64,000 nucleotides of DNA from NCBI GenBank assembly GCA_963821495.1, contig CAWGEA010000001.1, forward strand, positions 323,487-387,486. The letters run 5' to 3'. Positions 27,273 to 35,709 of this stretch are shown here, piece by piece. Each line of letters begins with the position of its first letter. Positions within the stretch are counted from its first letter, which is position 1. Made by a program: the position numbers and the translations under genes. The notes under the pieces were generated by a model. That model made no database searches. It saw only the letters and a list, made by a program, of their open reading frames with translations, and was not told the DNA's origin. Source of the DNA: an uncultured Actinomycetes bacterium (lineage in GTDB: Bacteria > Actinomycetota > Thermoleophilia > Gaiellales > Gaiellaceae).

Positions 27273-27380
27273 TCAACGCTTGCCTTGGCCATCGCGGCCA
27301 CCAGCGTCCGTGTCGGCAGCAAACGTCATGTTGGTCGCGAGTGCTGTGAGAACCGCGAGTAGATGCTTAGCCTTGTGCAT
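27273..27380 (-). CDS. possible 35-aa small protein (MHKAKHLLAVLTALATNMTFAADTDAGGRDGQGKR)
   Basis: ATG is preceded by AAAGGAGGTGAG, one of the closest matches to the SD consensus that I noticed in the window. The N-terminus is hydrophobic. Below the ORF-track size cut-off. Confidence 0.35.
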   Translation of the reverse strand: MHKAKHLLAVLTALATNMTFAADTDAGGRDGQGKR

Positions 27381-27507
27381 CTCACCTCCTTTCGCGTCGT
27401 CGTCGACGCTGAGGCCGAGCGTGGATCGAGGAAGGCAACGCCTGCGCGCCGTCGCGGTCGTCGTAGACCGAACCTGGTGACAAGAGCCGTCGATTGCAGG
27501 ATATTTC

Positions 27508-27545
27508 GAGCGGGAGCGACGGGACTCGAACCCGCGCCTCCGGCG
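27508..27545 (-). other. tRNA 3'-fragment-like sequence (T-arm plus acceptor 3' strand)
   Basis: Minus strand reads GGCGCGGGTTCGAGTCCCGTCGCTCCCGCTCG, close to the 3' end of actinobacterial tRNA-Gly-type genes. I found no matching 5' acceptor strand or anticodon arm upstream. Confidence 0.35.
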
Positions 27546-27701
27546 GCACAGGCCTTCCGCGCCTCCTGCGGACCGGCACTGCCCCGAGCCGGCCTGTTAG
27601 GGTCAGAGCCGCGCTAGGCGGGCCTGGGGGAGCCGCTTGCGACCTCTCTTTGGGTGCGGCTCGTGCACTAGTCCACGTTCGTCTTCATGAAGGGAGGCTC
27701 C

Positions 27702-29348
27702 ATGAGACGATTCATCCCGATTGCAGTCGTCCTTGCCGCGCTGGCCGGCCTGAGCGTCACCGCCGCGGCGATCGGCATCGGGCAACCCACACCGACGACT
27801 CCTGCCGCAAAGACGCCGCGGTGGGTCACGCACGTCGCCCGGTACCAGGGCGGTATCTCTGCCGGCGTGCGCGCGATGTTGGCCGCATCCCAGGCGAGGA
27901 CCGGCTCGCCATCCGGTGCAGCGTCAGCCCGGCCGGGCTCGCCCGCCGGGAGTCGCGGGAACAACGTCCAGATGAACGACGACAGCTACCCGCCGCTGCC
28001 CCAAAACGAGACAGCGGTCGCGTACGACACGACGCACCCGCAGATCGCAGTCGCCGCGGCGAACGACTACGTCAGCGGCGGCGTGGTCGTGATGCGGACG
28101 TCTGACGGCGGCCAGCACTGGGCGAGCACCCGAATCACGCCACAGTTCTTCGGGACTCGCGACTTCTGTAACGGCGGCGACCCCGGAGTCGCGTACAGCC
28201 GCAGGGACGATGCGTTCTACCTGTCGCAGCTCTGCTTCTTCCGGGCCCTGCCGTTCTCGGAAGTCCACGTCTACAAGTCGGTTGACAACGGCCGCACGTG
28301 GACACCGGGCCGCCAGGCCGCACGAGCCGCGTCCAACTACGACTACAACACGGGCACCGTCGACGAGTCGATCTTCAACGACAAGGAGCTGATCGCCGTC
28401 GACAACACCCCGGGCAGCCCGCACTACGGCCGCGTCTACGTCACCTACACGAAGTTCCACATCCAGCCGAACGGGTTCAGCGACTACTGCCCGCTGCAGC
28501 TGTCCTACACGGACTCGATCCCGACCCAGAACCCGGCCCTGACGGTCTGGTCGCACACCGCGATCCAGCCCGACAACCCCGGCGGTGACGGCACGGGCTC
28601 CTCGGCGAATCAGTTCAGCGACCCCGTCGTCGAGCGGAACGGAATCCTCGACGTCGGCTTCGTCTCCGAGAACTGCAACGACTCGTTCGACCCACACCTG
28701 CTGTTCCAGCGGTCGACCGACGGCGGGCAGACGTTCCTGCCGAACGCTGTCCAGATCGACAAGACCGGACAGTACGCGGACTTCGACGACGGCACCGGCT
28801 CGGACACGATCCCGCCGACGCACTTCCGCGCGCCGAACACTCCGTCACTGGCCTACAGCCCGCGGACCGGCAAGCTGCTGTTCGTCTACCAGAACAACGT
28901 CAACCGTCCCGCGTCGGCGGCCGACATCTCGTACCAAACGTCGACCGACGGCGGGCTGCACTGGTCGGACGCGAGCTTCCTCTCGACCGATTCGTCAGGG
29001 CAGCCGGCCGCCAACGACCAGTTCTTCCCGTGGGCGGCCTCGACCGAATCCGGACGCTTCTACGTGATCTGGTTCGATCGCCGGCTCGATCCCGCAAACG
29101 TGCGCATCAACACGTGGCAGGCGGTGTCGGGCAACGACGCGGAGAGCTTCTCGAGCGCGAAGATCAGCTCACACGACTGGAATCCGAACGACGGCTTCTT
29201 CTCGAGCGGCGCGTTCATCGGCGACTACAACGGGCTAGCCGCGAGCGACCGGGCGGTGTATCCGGTGTGGACGGACGGGCGCGCCGATGCCATCGGTGAG
29301 ACCGGCATCGGCGAGACAGACATCTTCACCGACGCGAACGCCCACTAG
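27702..29348 (+). CDS. secreted BNR-repeat / sialidase-fold propeller protein
   Basis: Signal peptide MRRFIPIAVVLAALAGLSVTAAA. Four SxDxGxxW/F BNR motifs (TSDGGQHW, SVDNGRTW, STDGGQTF, STDGGLHW). ATG at 27702 follows GGGAGG. Confidence 0.88.
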   Translation: MRRFIPIAVVLAALAGLSVTAAAIGIGQPTPTTPAAKTPRWVTHVARYQGGISAGVRAMLAASQARTGSPSGAASARPGSPAGSRGNNVQMNDDSYPPLPQNETAVAYDTTHPQIAVAAANDYVSGGVVVMRTSDGGQHWASTRITPQFFGTRDFCNGGDPGVAYSRRDDAFYLSQLCFFRALPFSEVHVYKSVDNGRTWTPGRQAARAASNYDYNTGTVDESIFNDKELIAVDNTPGSPHYGRVYVTYTKFHIQPNGFSDYCPLQLSYTDSIPTQNPALTVWSHTAIQPDNPGGDGTGSSANQFSDPVVERNGILDVGFVSENCNDSFDPHLLFQRSTDGGQTFLPNAVQIDKTGQYADFDDGTGSDTIPPTHFRAPNTPSLAYSPRTGKLLFVYQNNVNRPASAADISYQTSTDGGLHWSDASFLSTDSSGQPAANDQFFPWAASTESGRFYVIWFDRRLDPANVRINTWQAVSGNDAESFSSAKISSHDWNPNDGFFSSGAFIGDYNGLAASDRAVYPVWTDGRADAIGETGIGETDIFTDANAH

Positions 29349-29363
29349 CTGACATCTCGTGAC

Positions 29364-29399
29364 AGTCGTGGCCCGGACTCTGAGGTCCGGGCCACGACT
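29364..29399 (+). terminator. intrinsic-terminator-like hairpin after the BNR gene
   Basis: Perfect 15-bp stem AGTCGTGGCCCGGAC / GTCCGGGCCACGACT with a 6-nt loop, 15 nt after the stop. Confidence 0.65.
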
Positions 29400-29497
29400 C
29401 CGTTGGGCCGTCAGCAAACGCTGTGGTGTAGATGCCGCTACCGACCTCGCACCCGACTCGCGCCCGAGTTTGCAGGCACTCGGTGGGAGAGAGTAGA

Positions 29498-29540
29498 GAT
29501 CGCACCCAGGAGGTCGCCGGTTCGAGTCCGGCTAGCTCCA
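29498..29540 (+). repeat. 43-bp perfect copy of the tRNA-Ala 3' half (att-like)
   Basis: GATCGCACCCAGGAGGTCGCCGGTTCGAGTCCGGCTAGCTCCA is identical to 27133-27175. At the same register a further TGGGAGAG (D-loop) match lies 14 nt upstream, but there is no 5' acceptor strand, so it is not a functional tRNA. Confidence 0.85.
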
Positions 29541-29636
29541 CTCCCCGACGATCGCCGTGTGGAAGCGCGGCTTGACTTCCCCCATCGCGCCTGCGAGATA
29601 TAGGTCTCGCAACTGGACCGACGAAGGGGGATCCTG

Positions 29637-32381
29637 ATGGTTCCGCGGCGGCTGACCGCTGTCCTGGCAATCCTGGCCTTTGCCGTTGCTCTCGCGACGG
29701 TGCTGGCGCGAGGCTCGACGAGTTCGTCGGGCACGCCGTCGGCGCAGGGCCTGCAACATCTCGCCGCCCTCGAGGGCGGCGGGCGTGGAGAGAACGAAGA
29801 ATCGGGCGGGGCCGCGGCAGAGGCGTACACCGACCGCGCCTTCCCGGCCGAAGGCGTCTCGATCGACCAGATCCAGAGCGCGATCGCCGCCAACGCGACG
29901 GTCAAGAGCCGCGGCGTCTCGGGCGTCTCGCCGAAGTGGGACTTCCTCGGGCCGGACACGCTGAACGTCGACCGCCTGGGCACCCAGTCGTTCATCAAGG
30001 GAACGCAGTGGTCCGGGCGTGTCACCGCGTTGACGGTCGACCCCAAGTGCAAGCCGCAGGAGTGCACGCTGTACGTGGCGGCCGCCGGCGGCGGCATCTG
30101 GCGCTCGACGAACGCGCTCGCGTCGAACCCGGCGTGGAAGAACATCTCAGCCGGGATCCCGACGAACGCTGTCGGCTCGATCACGGTGGATCCGAACGAC
30201 CCGACCGGCAAGACGATCTACGTCGGCACCGGCGAGGCGAACGCGAGCGGTGACAGCGAGGCCGGGCTCGGTCTCTACAAGACCACCGACGGTGGCGCCC
30301 ACTGGTCGCTCGTCCCGGGCTCGTTCGCCGTGGCGAACAACCGGGCGATCGCGTGGGTGGCGGTCGACCCGCAGGACGCGAGCCATCTCCTGATCGGCAC
30401 GCGCTCCGGCACGCACGGGATCGGCTCGAACGTCGGCGGCAGCTCGACGATCGCGCCGCCGCCGCCTGCAGTCGGCCTCTACGACTCGCACGACGGGGGC
30501 GCGACCTTCGCGCTCAGCAAGGCCGGGTCGTTCAACGAGGTGAAGTTCGACCCGCGCAACTCCGACGTCGTCTTTGCCGCCCAGGCGACAATCGGCCTCA
30601 TCCGGTCGAACTCCGACGGCGCGCCTGGAAGCTGGGAGACGATCTTCAGCGGCAACCGCGGGCGCTACTCGTTCTCGCCCGTCGTCAAGGACGCGAAGAC
30701 GCGGATCTACCTGTCCGATGCAAGCGCGGGCGGGGCCGGGAACGGCGCCCAGGTCTACCGCGTCGACGACGCGAGCCAGCCCGCGGCGACGCTGACTGCG
30801 TCGAACAACGCGGCCTGGACGCGCCTCTCGAACCCGACCGACGGCAACCCGGGCTTCGCCGTCTACAACTACTGCAACACGCCGCTCGTCGGCTCGCAGT
30901 GCGTCTACGACATGTTTACGATGTCGCCCGCCGACAACCCGGACATGGTCGTCGTCGGCGGTCTGATGCATTACGAAGAGCTGAAGCCGTATGCCGCTCC
31001 CGGCGGGATCCGGTCGAACGGCCGCGCGGTCCTGATGTCGATGGACGCAGGAGCGACATGGACGGACGTGACCGGCGACGTCGGCGGCGAGTCGATGCAC
31101 CCGGACCAGCACGCCCTCGCGTTCGTGCCCGGCAAGCCGAGCCAGTTCTTCGTCGGCTCGGACGGCGGTGTCATCCGCACGAGCGGCGACTGGGCCGACG
31201 CGTCCGCACAGTGCGACAACCGCGGGATCACGTCCGCGCTCTTCCTGGCGGACTGCAAGGCCTGGCTCAAGCAGATCCCGACGAGGCTCGACGTGGTCAA
31301 CGCAGGCCTCGCGACGCTGCAGATGAACTCGATCTCCGTCAACCCGACCAACCCGCTGAACGACGCGCTCTCGGGCACGCAGGACAACGGCACGCTGGCC
31401 TTCAGCGGCTCGCAGACGTGGTTCCTGCCGCTCACCGGTGACGGCGGGGACTCGGGCTTCGACGCGGTCGACCCCAACATCCACTTCCACATGTACACGG
31501 GCGGCCAGCTCGACATCAACTACAACGGCAACGACCCGAAGACGTGGCTCTGGATCGGCGACAAGCTGAGCGTCGGGAACCCGGAGTCGTTCCGCTTCTA
31601 CTCACCGGCGATCATGGACCCGGTCGTCGGGAACACGATCTTCGTCGGCGGCCAGCACGTCTGGCGGACGACGAACCTCGGCGGTGACCGCTCGTTCCTC
31701 GAGCAGCACTGCAACACCGCCGCGGGCGAGTTCGGCACGAGCGACGGTCTCTTCACGGGCGTCTGCGGGACCGACTGGTTCCCGCTCGGTGGCCCGACGC
31801 TTACCAGCACGGTCTTCGGTACCCGCTCCGGTGGCAACATCACCGCTGTCTCCCGCGGCACCGACCACGACACGATGTGGGCGGCGACCTCGGGCGGCCG
31901 GGTCTTCGTCTCGAAGAACTCGAACAACGCCGACCCGGCGACGGTGACGTTCACGCGAATCGACAACGCGGTGACGCCGCTCCGGACGCCGGGCTCGATC
32001 TACGTCGATCCGACGAACGCGAACCACGCGATCGTCTCGTTCAACGGCTACGGCTCGAACACCCCGACGACTCCGGGACACGTGTTCGACGTGGTCTTCG
32101 ACCCGGTCGCCGGCACCGCGACGTGGACGGACCTCTCGTACGACCTGCTCGACCAGCCGGTGGACGACGTCGTCCTCGACTCGGCGACCGGCGACGTCTA
32201 CGCGTCGACCGACTTCGGTGTCGACCGGCTCGCCGCCGGGACGCAGACGTGGGTTCCGGCCGCCGACGACCTGCCGCAGGCGGCGGTCTCGGGCCTGACC
32301 CTCGTGAACGGGAAGAACGGCGACCGCCTGCTGTACGCCGCGACCCACGGGCGCGGCGCCTGGCGGCTGCGCCTGAGGTAG
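29637..32381 (+). CDS. 914-aa secreted BNR/sortilin-Vps10-like multi-propeller protein (paralog of 42693..45653)
   Basis: Signal peptide. Shared blocks with the paralog: AAAGGGIWRS, GTGEANASGDSEAGLGLYKTTDGGAHW, GTQDNGT, HPDQHA and LYAATHGRGAWRL. Confidence 0.88.
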   Translation: MVPRRLTAVLAILAFAVALATVLARGSTSSSGTPSAQGLQHLAALEGGGRGENEESGGAAAEAYTDRAFPAEGVSIDQIQSAIAANATVKSRGVSGVSPKWDFLGPDTLNVDRLGTQSFIKGTQWSGRVTALTVDPKCKPQECTLYVAAAGGGIWRSTNALASNPAWKNISAGIPTNAVGSITVDPNDPTGKTIYVGTGEANASGDSEAGLGLYKTTDGGAHWSLVPGSFAVANNRAIAWVAVDPQDASHLLIGTRSGTHGIGSNVGGSSTIAPPPPAVGLYDSHDGGATFALSKAGSFNEVKFDPRNSDVVFAAQATIGLIRSNSDGAPGSWETIFSGNRGRYSFSPVVKDAKTRIYLSDASAGGAGNGAQVYRVDDASQPAATLTASNNAAWTRLSNPTDGNPGFAVYNYCNTPLVGSQCVYDMFTMSPADNPDMVVVGGLMHYEELKPYAAPGGIRSNGRAVLMSMDAGATWTDVTGDVGGESMHPDQHALAFVPGKPSQFFVGSDGGVIRTSGDWADASAQCDNRGITSALFLADCKAWLKQIPTRLDVVNAGLATLQMNSISVNPTNPLNDALSGTQDNGTLAFSGSQTWFLPLTGDGGDSGFDAVDPNIHFHMYTGGQLDINYNGNDPKTWLWIGDKLSVGNPESFRFYSPAIMDPVVGNTIFVGGQHVWRTTNLGGDRSFLEQHCNTAAGEFGTSDGLFTGVCGTDWFPLGGPTLTSTVFGTRSGGNITAVSRGTDHDTMWAATSGGRVFVSKNSNNADPATVTFTRIDNAVTPLRTPGSIYVDPTNANHAIVSFNGYGSNTPTTPGHVFDVVFDPVAGTATWTDLSYDLLDQPVDDVVLDSATGDVYASTDFGVDRLAAGTQTWVPAADDLPQAAVSGLTLVNGKNGDRLLYAATHGRGAWRLRLR

Positions 32382-32399
32382 GGGGAGACAGCGCTCGAC

Positions 32400-32428
32400 G
32401 CGAAGGGCCCCGGGACGGGGCCCTTCGC
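32400..32428 (+). terminator. intrinsic-terminator-like hairpin
   Basis: Perfect 13-bp stem GCGAAGGGCCCCG / CGGGGCCCTTCGC with a 3-nt loop, 18 nt after the stop. Confidence 0.6.
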
Positions 32429-32471
32429 CGTCCTGGTCGGATCGCACACCCGGTCTCGACGAGCAGTTGCC

Positions 32472-33158
32472 GTGCCCGAGCTACGCTCGTGGTCGGTGAG
32501 CTCGGACTCGATCCTGGTCGTCGACGACGACGGTGCGATCCGGCGGATGCTGGCCCGGACGCTGGAGGCGGAGGGCTACGCGGTCGAGGCGGCGGCGGGT
32601 GGGGGCGAGGCGCTGGCGGCGATCGAGCGACTGGTCCCGGACCTGCTCGTGCTCGACGTCGCCATGCCCGGCCTCGACGGGCTTGCGGTGTCGCGCGCCG
32701 TGCGCGGACGCGGGCTCGGGCTTCCGATCTTGATGCTGACCGCGCGCGATGCGGTCGACGACCGCATCGCGGGCCTCGACTCCGGCGCCGACGACTACCT
32801 CGTCAAGCCGTTCGCGAGCGGCGAGCTGCTCGCCCGCATCCGCGCGCTGCTCCGCCGGGGCCGAGAGCCGGGCGAGCTGATCGCCCACGGAGACCTGGTG
32901 CTCGACGTGAGCGCGCGCACGGCCCGGCGGGCCGACCGCGACCTCGAGCTCAGCCCGCGTGAGGCGGATTTGCTCGAGCTGCTGTTGCGAAACCGGGGCC
33001 AGGTCGTGACGCGCGAGCTCGCGGTCGAGCGGGTGTGGGGAGGCAGAGGCGCGGTCGGCTCGAACTCGGTCGACCGCTACGTCTCCTACCTGCGGGCCAA
33101 GCTCGGCGAGCCGGCCCTGATCGACACCGTGCGCGGCGTCGGCTTCGTGCTGCGATGA
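32472..33158 (+). CDS. OmpR/PhoB-family response regulator
   Basis: ILVVDDD, LLVLDVAMPGLDG, LMLTARD and DDYLVKPF, plus a winged-helix C-terminus (LSPREADLLELL...VDRYVSYLRAKL...TVRGVGFVL). Confidence 0.9.
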   Translation: MPELRSWSVSSDSILVVDDDGAIRRMLARTLEAEGYAVEAAAGGGEALAAIERLVPDLLVLDVAMPGLDGLAVSRAVRGRGLGLPILMLTARDAVDDRIAGLDSGADDYLVKPFASGELLARIRALLRRGREPGELIAHGDLVLDVSARTARRADRDLELSPREADLLELLLRNRGQVVTRELAVERVWGGRGAVGSNSVDRYVSYLRAKLGEPALIDTVRGVGFVLR

Positions 33159-34531
33159 GCCGGCTCTCGTTGCGGATGCGCTCGGTCGCCGCGGCGGCGG
33201 TTGCGATCCTGCTCGCGGTCGCCGTCGCCGGAGCCGGGATCGACCTGCTCGTCTCGCGCCATCTGCACCGCTCGCTCGACGGTGTCCTGCGGCGCCGGGC
33301 GGTCGCGGTCGCGCAGCTGGCCGCCTCGGCGCCCGCGGTGCTGACGACGCCGGGCTCGCTGGACTCACCCGTGGGGGGAACCGATCTCTCGGTCGAGGTG
33401 GTCGACCGGCGCGGCCGCCTCGTCGCCCGCTCGCTCTCGCTCGGCGGTCGGGTCCTGCCGGTGAGGAGTCTCATCGAGCGCGCGATCTCGGCGAGCCGGC
33501 CCGGCTTCACGAACGTCGAGAGCGGCGGCGAGCGGCTCCGGGTCTACACGGCGCCGCTGGCGGAGGTGGGCGGCCCCGCCGCGGGCGGGGCGGTCGTCGT
33601 CGCGGCTTCGACGCACGACCTCGAGCAGACGCTCTCGAGCCTGCATCTGTTCGTCGTCGGCGCAGGACTCGCGGCCGCTGCGCTGGGCGCGCTCGCGGTG
33701 GCGGCGCTGATGGGCGGCGCGCTGCGCCCGCTGCGGCGGCTGGCCGGGGCGGCCGCGGAGATCGAGCGGACCGGGGACGCGAGACGCCGCCTGCCCGAGC
33801 CGGCCGCGCGCGACGAGGTCGGGGAGCTGGCGGCGACGTTGAACGAGATGCTGGCCAGCCTCGAGCGCGCGGGCGAGGCCGAGCGCCGCTTCCTCGCCGA
33901 CGCCTCGCACGAGCTACGGACGCCGCTGACGGCGCTGCTCGGCAACGTCGACTACCTCGCGCGGCACGGTGCGGACGCGCAGGCGATCACGGAGGTGAAG
34001 GCCGACGCCGGCAGGCTGGCGCGGCTCGCGGACGACCTGCTCGCGCTCTCGCGCGAGGAGGCGGGCGGCCAGCCGACGGAAACGGTCCGGCTCGACGAGC
34101 TGGTGCGGCAGGCGGCGGGTGAGCGCGTTCGTGTCGCCGCGCCGAAGCCCGTGCTCGTCCAGGGCGACCGCTCGGCACTCGAACGCGCGCTCGGAAACCT
34201 GATACGCAACGCCGAGCTCTACGGCCCGCAGGGCGGGACGATCGACGTCGCCGCCGAGCAGGAGAACGGACGGGCGCGGATCAGCGTCGCCGACGAGGGC
34301 CCCGGGCTCTCGCCCGCCGACGCCGAGCGCGCGTTCGGCCGCTTCTGGCGAGGCTCGCACGAGGAACCCGGCTCGGGCCTCGGCCTCGCGATCGTGCGCG
34401 CGACCGCCGAGCGCCACGGGGGCCGTGCCTACGCGAGCGGTCCCCGTTTCACGATCGAGCTGCCGGCTCTCAGAGATGTCTCAGAGTTGGGCGCTACAAC
34501 GGATCCAGCCCGAGAGAAAGGATCCACGTGA
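33155..34531 (+). CDS. sensor histidine kinase (2 TM, HAMP, HisKA, HATPase_c)
   Basis: H-box FLADASHELRTPLTAL, N-box LIRNAELY, and G-boxes DEGPGL and GSGLGLAIV. ATGA overlap with the regulator gene. Confidence 0.9.
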   Translation: MSRLSLRMRSVAAAAVAILLAVAVAGAGIDLLVSRHLHRSLDGVLRRRAVAVAQLAASAPAVLTTPGSLDSPVGGTDLSVEVVDRRGRLVARSLSLGGRVLPVRSLIERAISASRPGFTNVESGGERLRVYTAPLAEVGGPAAGGAVVVAASTHDLEQTLSSLHLFVVGAGLAAAALGALAVAALMGGALRPLRRLAGAAAEIERTGDARRRLPEPAARDEVGELAATLNEMLASLERAGEAERRFLADASHELRTPLTALLGNVDYLARHGADAQAITEVKADAGRLARLADDLLALSREEAGGQPTETVRLDELVRQAAGERVRVAAPKPVLVQGDRSALERALGNLIRNAELYGPQGGTIDVAAEQENGRARISVADEGPGLSPADAERAFGRFWRGSHEEPGSGLGLAIVRATAERHGGRAYASGPRFTIELPALRDVSELGATTDPAREKGST

Positions 34532-35709
34532 AGCTGCTGCGCACCCTCTCCACCTCCCGACTCATCGCGCTGGCTCTGCTCGTCTGCGTGCTCGGCGCCG
34601 GGCTCGCCGCGGTCGCCGTGGCCGCGGGACGCGGCGGCGGGCCCGTGCCGGCCGCCAAGCCCCTGGCTCAGGCGCTCCACGACTCGATTGCCGCCCCCGC
34701 ACCCGCCGGGGTGACCGCGCGGATCACGTTCACCAACAGGCTCTTCCCGTCGGGCGCGCTCGCGGGCCCGGTCGGTTCCGCGCTCATGGCCGGGGCCTCC
34801 GGCCGCCTCTGGGCGACGAACGACGGCCGCGGCCGGCTCGAGCTGCAGTCCGATGTGGGCGACGTCCAGGTGGTCTGGAACCAGAGCGAGGTGACGGTCT
34901 TCGACGCCTCCTCGAACACCGTCTACCGCGCGCGGCTGCCGAAGCACGGCGGCTCGGCGGGCAGCCACGACACCGGCGGGCTCCCCTCCGTGCGCGAGAT
35001 CGCGAGCTTCCTCACGCGGGCCGGCGGCCACGCCGACGTCTCCGGCGCGCGGCCGACCGACGTCGGCGGGCGGCCCGCCTACAGCGTGCGCGTCTCGCCC
35101 AGGCACGACGGCGGCCTGCTCGGCGCCGCCGAGCTCGCGTGGGATGCGACCCGCCCCGTCCCGCTGCGAATCGGGATCTACGCGCAGGGCGCATCCTCGC
35201 CGGTGCTCGAGCTTGCCGTGACGCACATCACGTTCGGCTCGGTCCCGGCGGGCAACGTCGAGATCAGCCCACCCGCGAGCGCCAAGGTGACCGACCTCGG
35301 CAAGCTGGCGAAGGGCGGCGGCACCGCCGAGAGGAGCACTTCGAAGTCCGGCCCGACCGGCCTCGAGGCCCTGCGCGCCGCGCCCTTCAAGGCGGTCGCG
35401 CCCTCGACGCTCGTGGGCCTGCCGCGCCAGGACCTGCGGCTCGTCGGGCACGGCGACTCCAGCTCCGTCCTCGCGGTGTACGGCCACGGCCTCGGCGCGA
35501 TCGTCGTGCTCGAGCGGACCGGTCAAGCCGGCGGCTCGAGCGGCGCGCTCGGTGCGCTGCCGGCGGTCTCGCTGGACGGCGTCACTGCGCACGAGCTCGC
35601 GACGCAGCTGGGAACGGCCCTGACCTGGCGGCGGGGCGGCGTCTCGTTCGTGCTCGCCGGGTCGGTTCCCCCGGCCGCGGCCGAGGCCGCCGCGCGCGCG
35701 CTCCGATGA
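34528..35709 (+). CDS. LolA-like / DUF4367-type secreted or membrane-anchored protein
   Basis: N-terminal anchor LIALALLVCVLGAGLAAVAV. GRLWATNDGRGRLELQSDVGDVQVVWN resembles LolA-fold proteins linked to envelope TCS/ABC modules. GTGA overlap with the kinase gene. Family call is from memory. Confidence 0.65.
   Translation: MKLLRTLSTSRLIALALLVCVLGAGLAAVAVAAGRGGGPVPAAKPLAQALHDSIAAPAPAGVTARITFTNRLFPSGALAGPVGSALMAGASGRLWATNDGRGRLELQSDVGDVQVVWNQSEVTVFDASSNTVYRARLPKHGGSAGSHDTGGLPSVREIASFLTRAGGHADVSGARPTDVGGRPAYSVRVSPRHDGGLLGAAELAWDATRPVPLRIGIYAQGASSPVLELAVTHITFGSVPAGNVEISPPASAKVTDLGKLAKGGGTAERSTSKSGPTGLEALRAAPFKAVAPSTLVGLPRQDLRLVGHGDSSSVLAVYGHGLGAIVVLERTGQAGGSSGALGALPAVSLDGVTAHELATQLGTALTWRRGGVSFVLAGSVPPAAAEAAARALR

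Larger units (their letters stand above)
27176..29497. mobile_element. putative integrated-element remnant at the tRNA-Ala 3' end (no integrase)
   Basis: Bounded by a perfect 43-bp direct repeat (27133-27175 = 29498-29540). The left approximately 500 bp is visibly AT-richer than the window. Contains one BNR gene, one tiny ORF and a second tRNA-like fragment. Confidence 0.4.

Noticed and set aside
27176-29497. Complete prophage or integrative element with integrase
   Set aside because: No tyrosine or serine recombinase-like ORF was found in any frame between or next to the repeats. I therefore report only a remnant or minimal insert.
29468-29540. Second tRNA-Ala gene
   Set aside because: Only the 3' 43 nt, plus an 8-nt D-loop match, are conserved. 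There is no 5' acceptor strand to pair with TAGCTCC, and the 5' strand of the anticodon stem is destroyed. I treat it as an att-like repeat or tRNA remnant, not a functional tRNA.
34425-35705. 427-codon extension in front of the ABC ATPase (ORF 34425..36662)
   Set aside because: It overlaps the LolA-like gene in another frame and is an Arg/Gly/Pro-rich shadow. The ATG at 35706 gives a normal ABC N-terminus.
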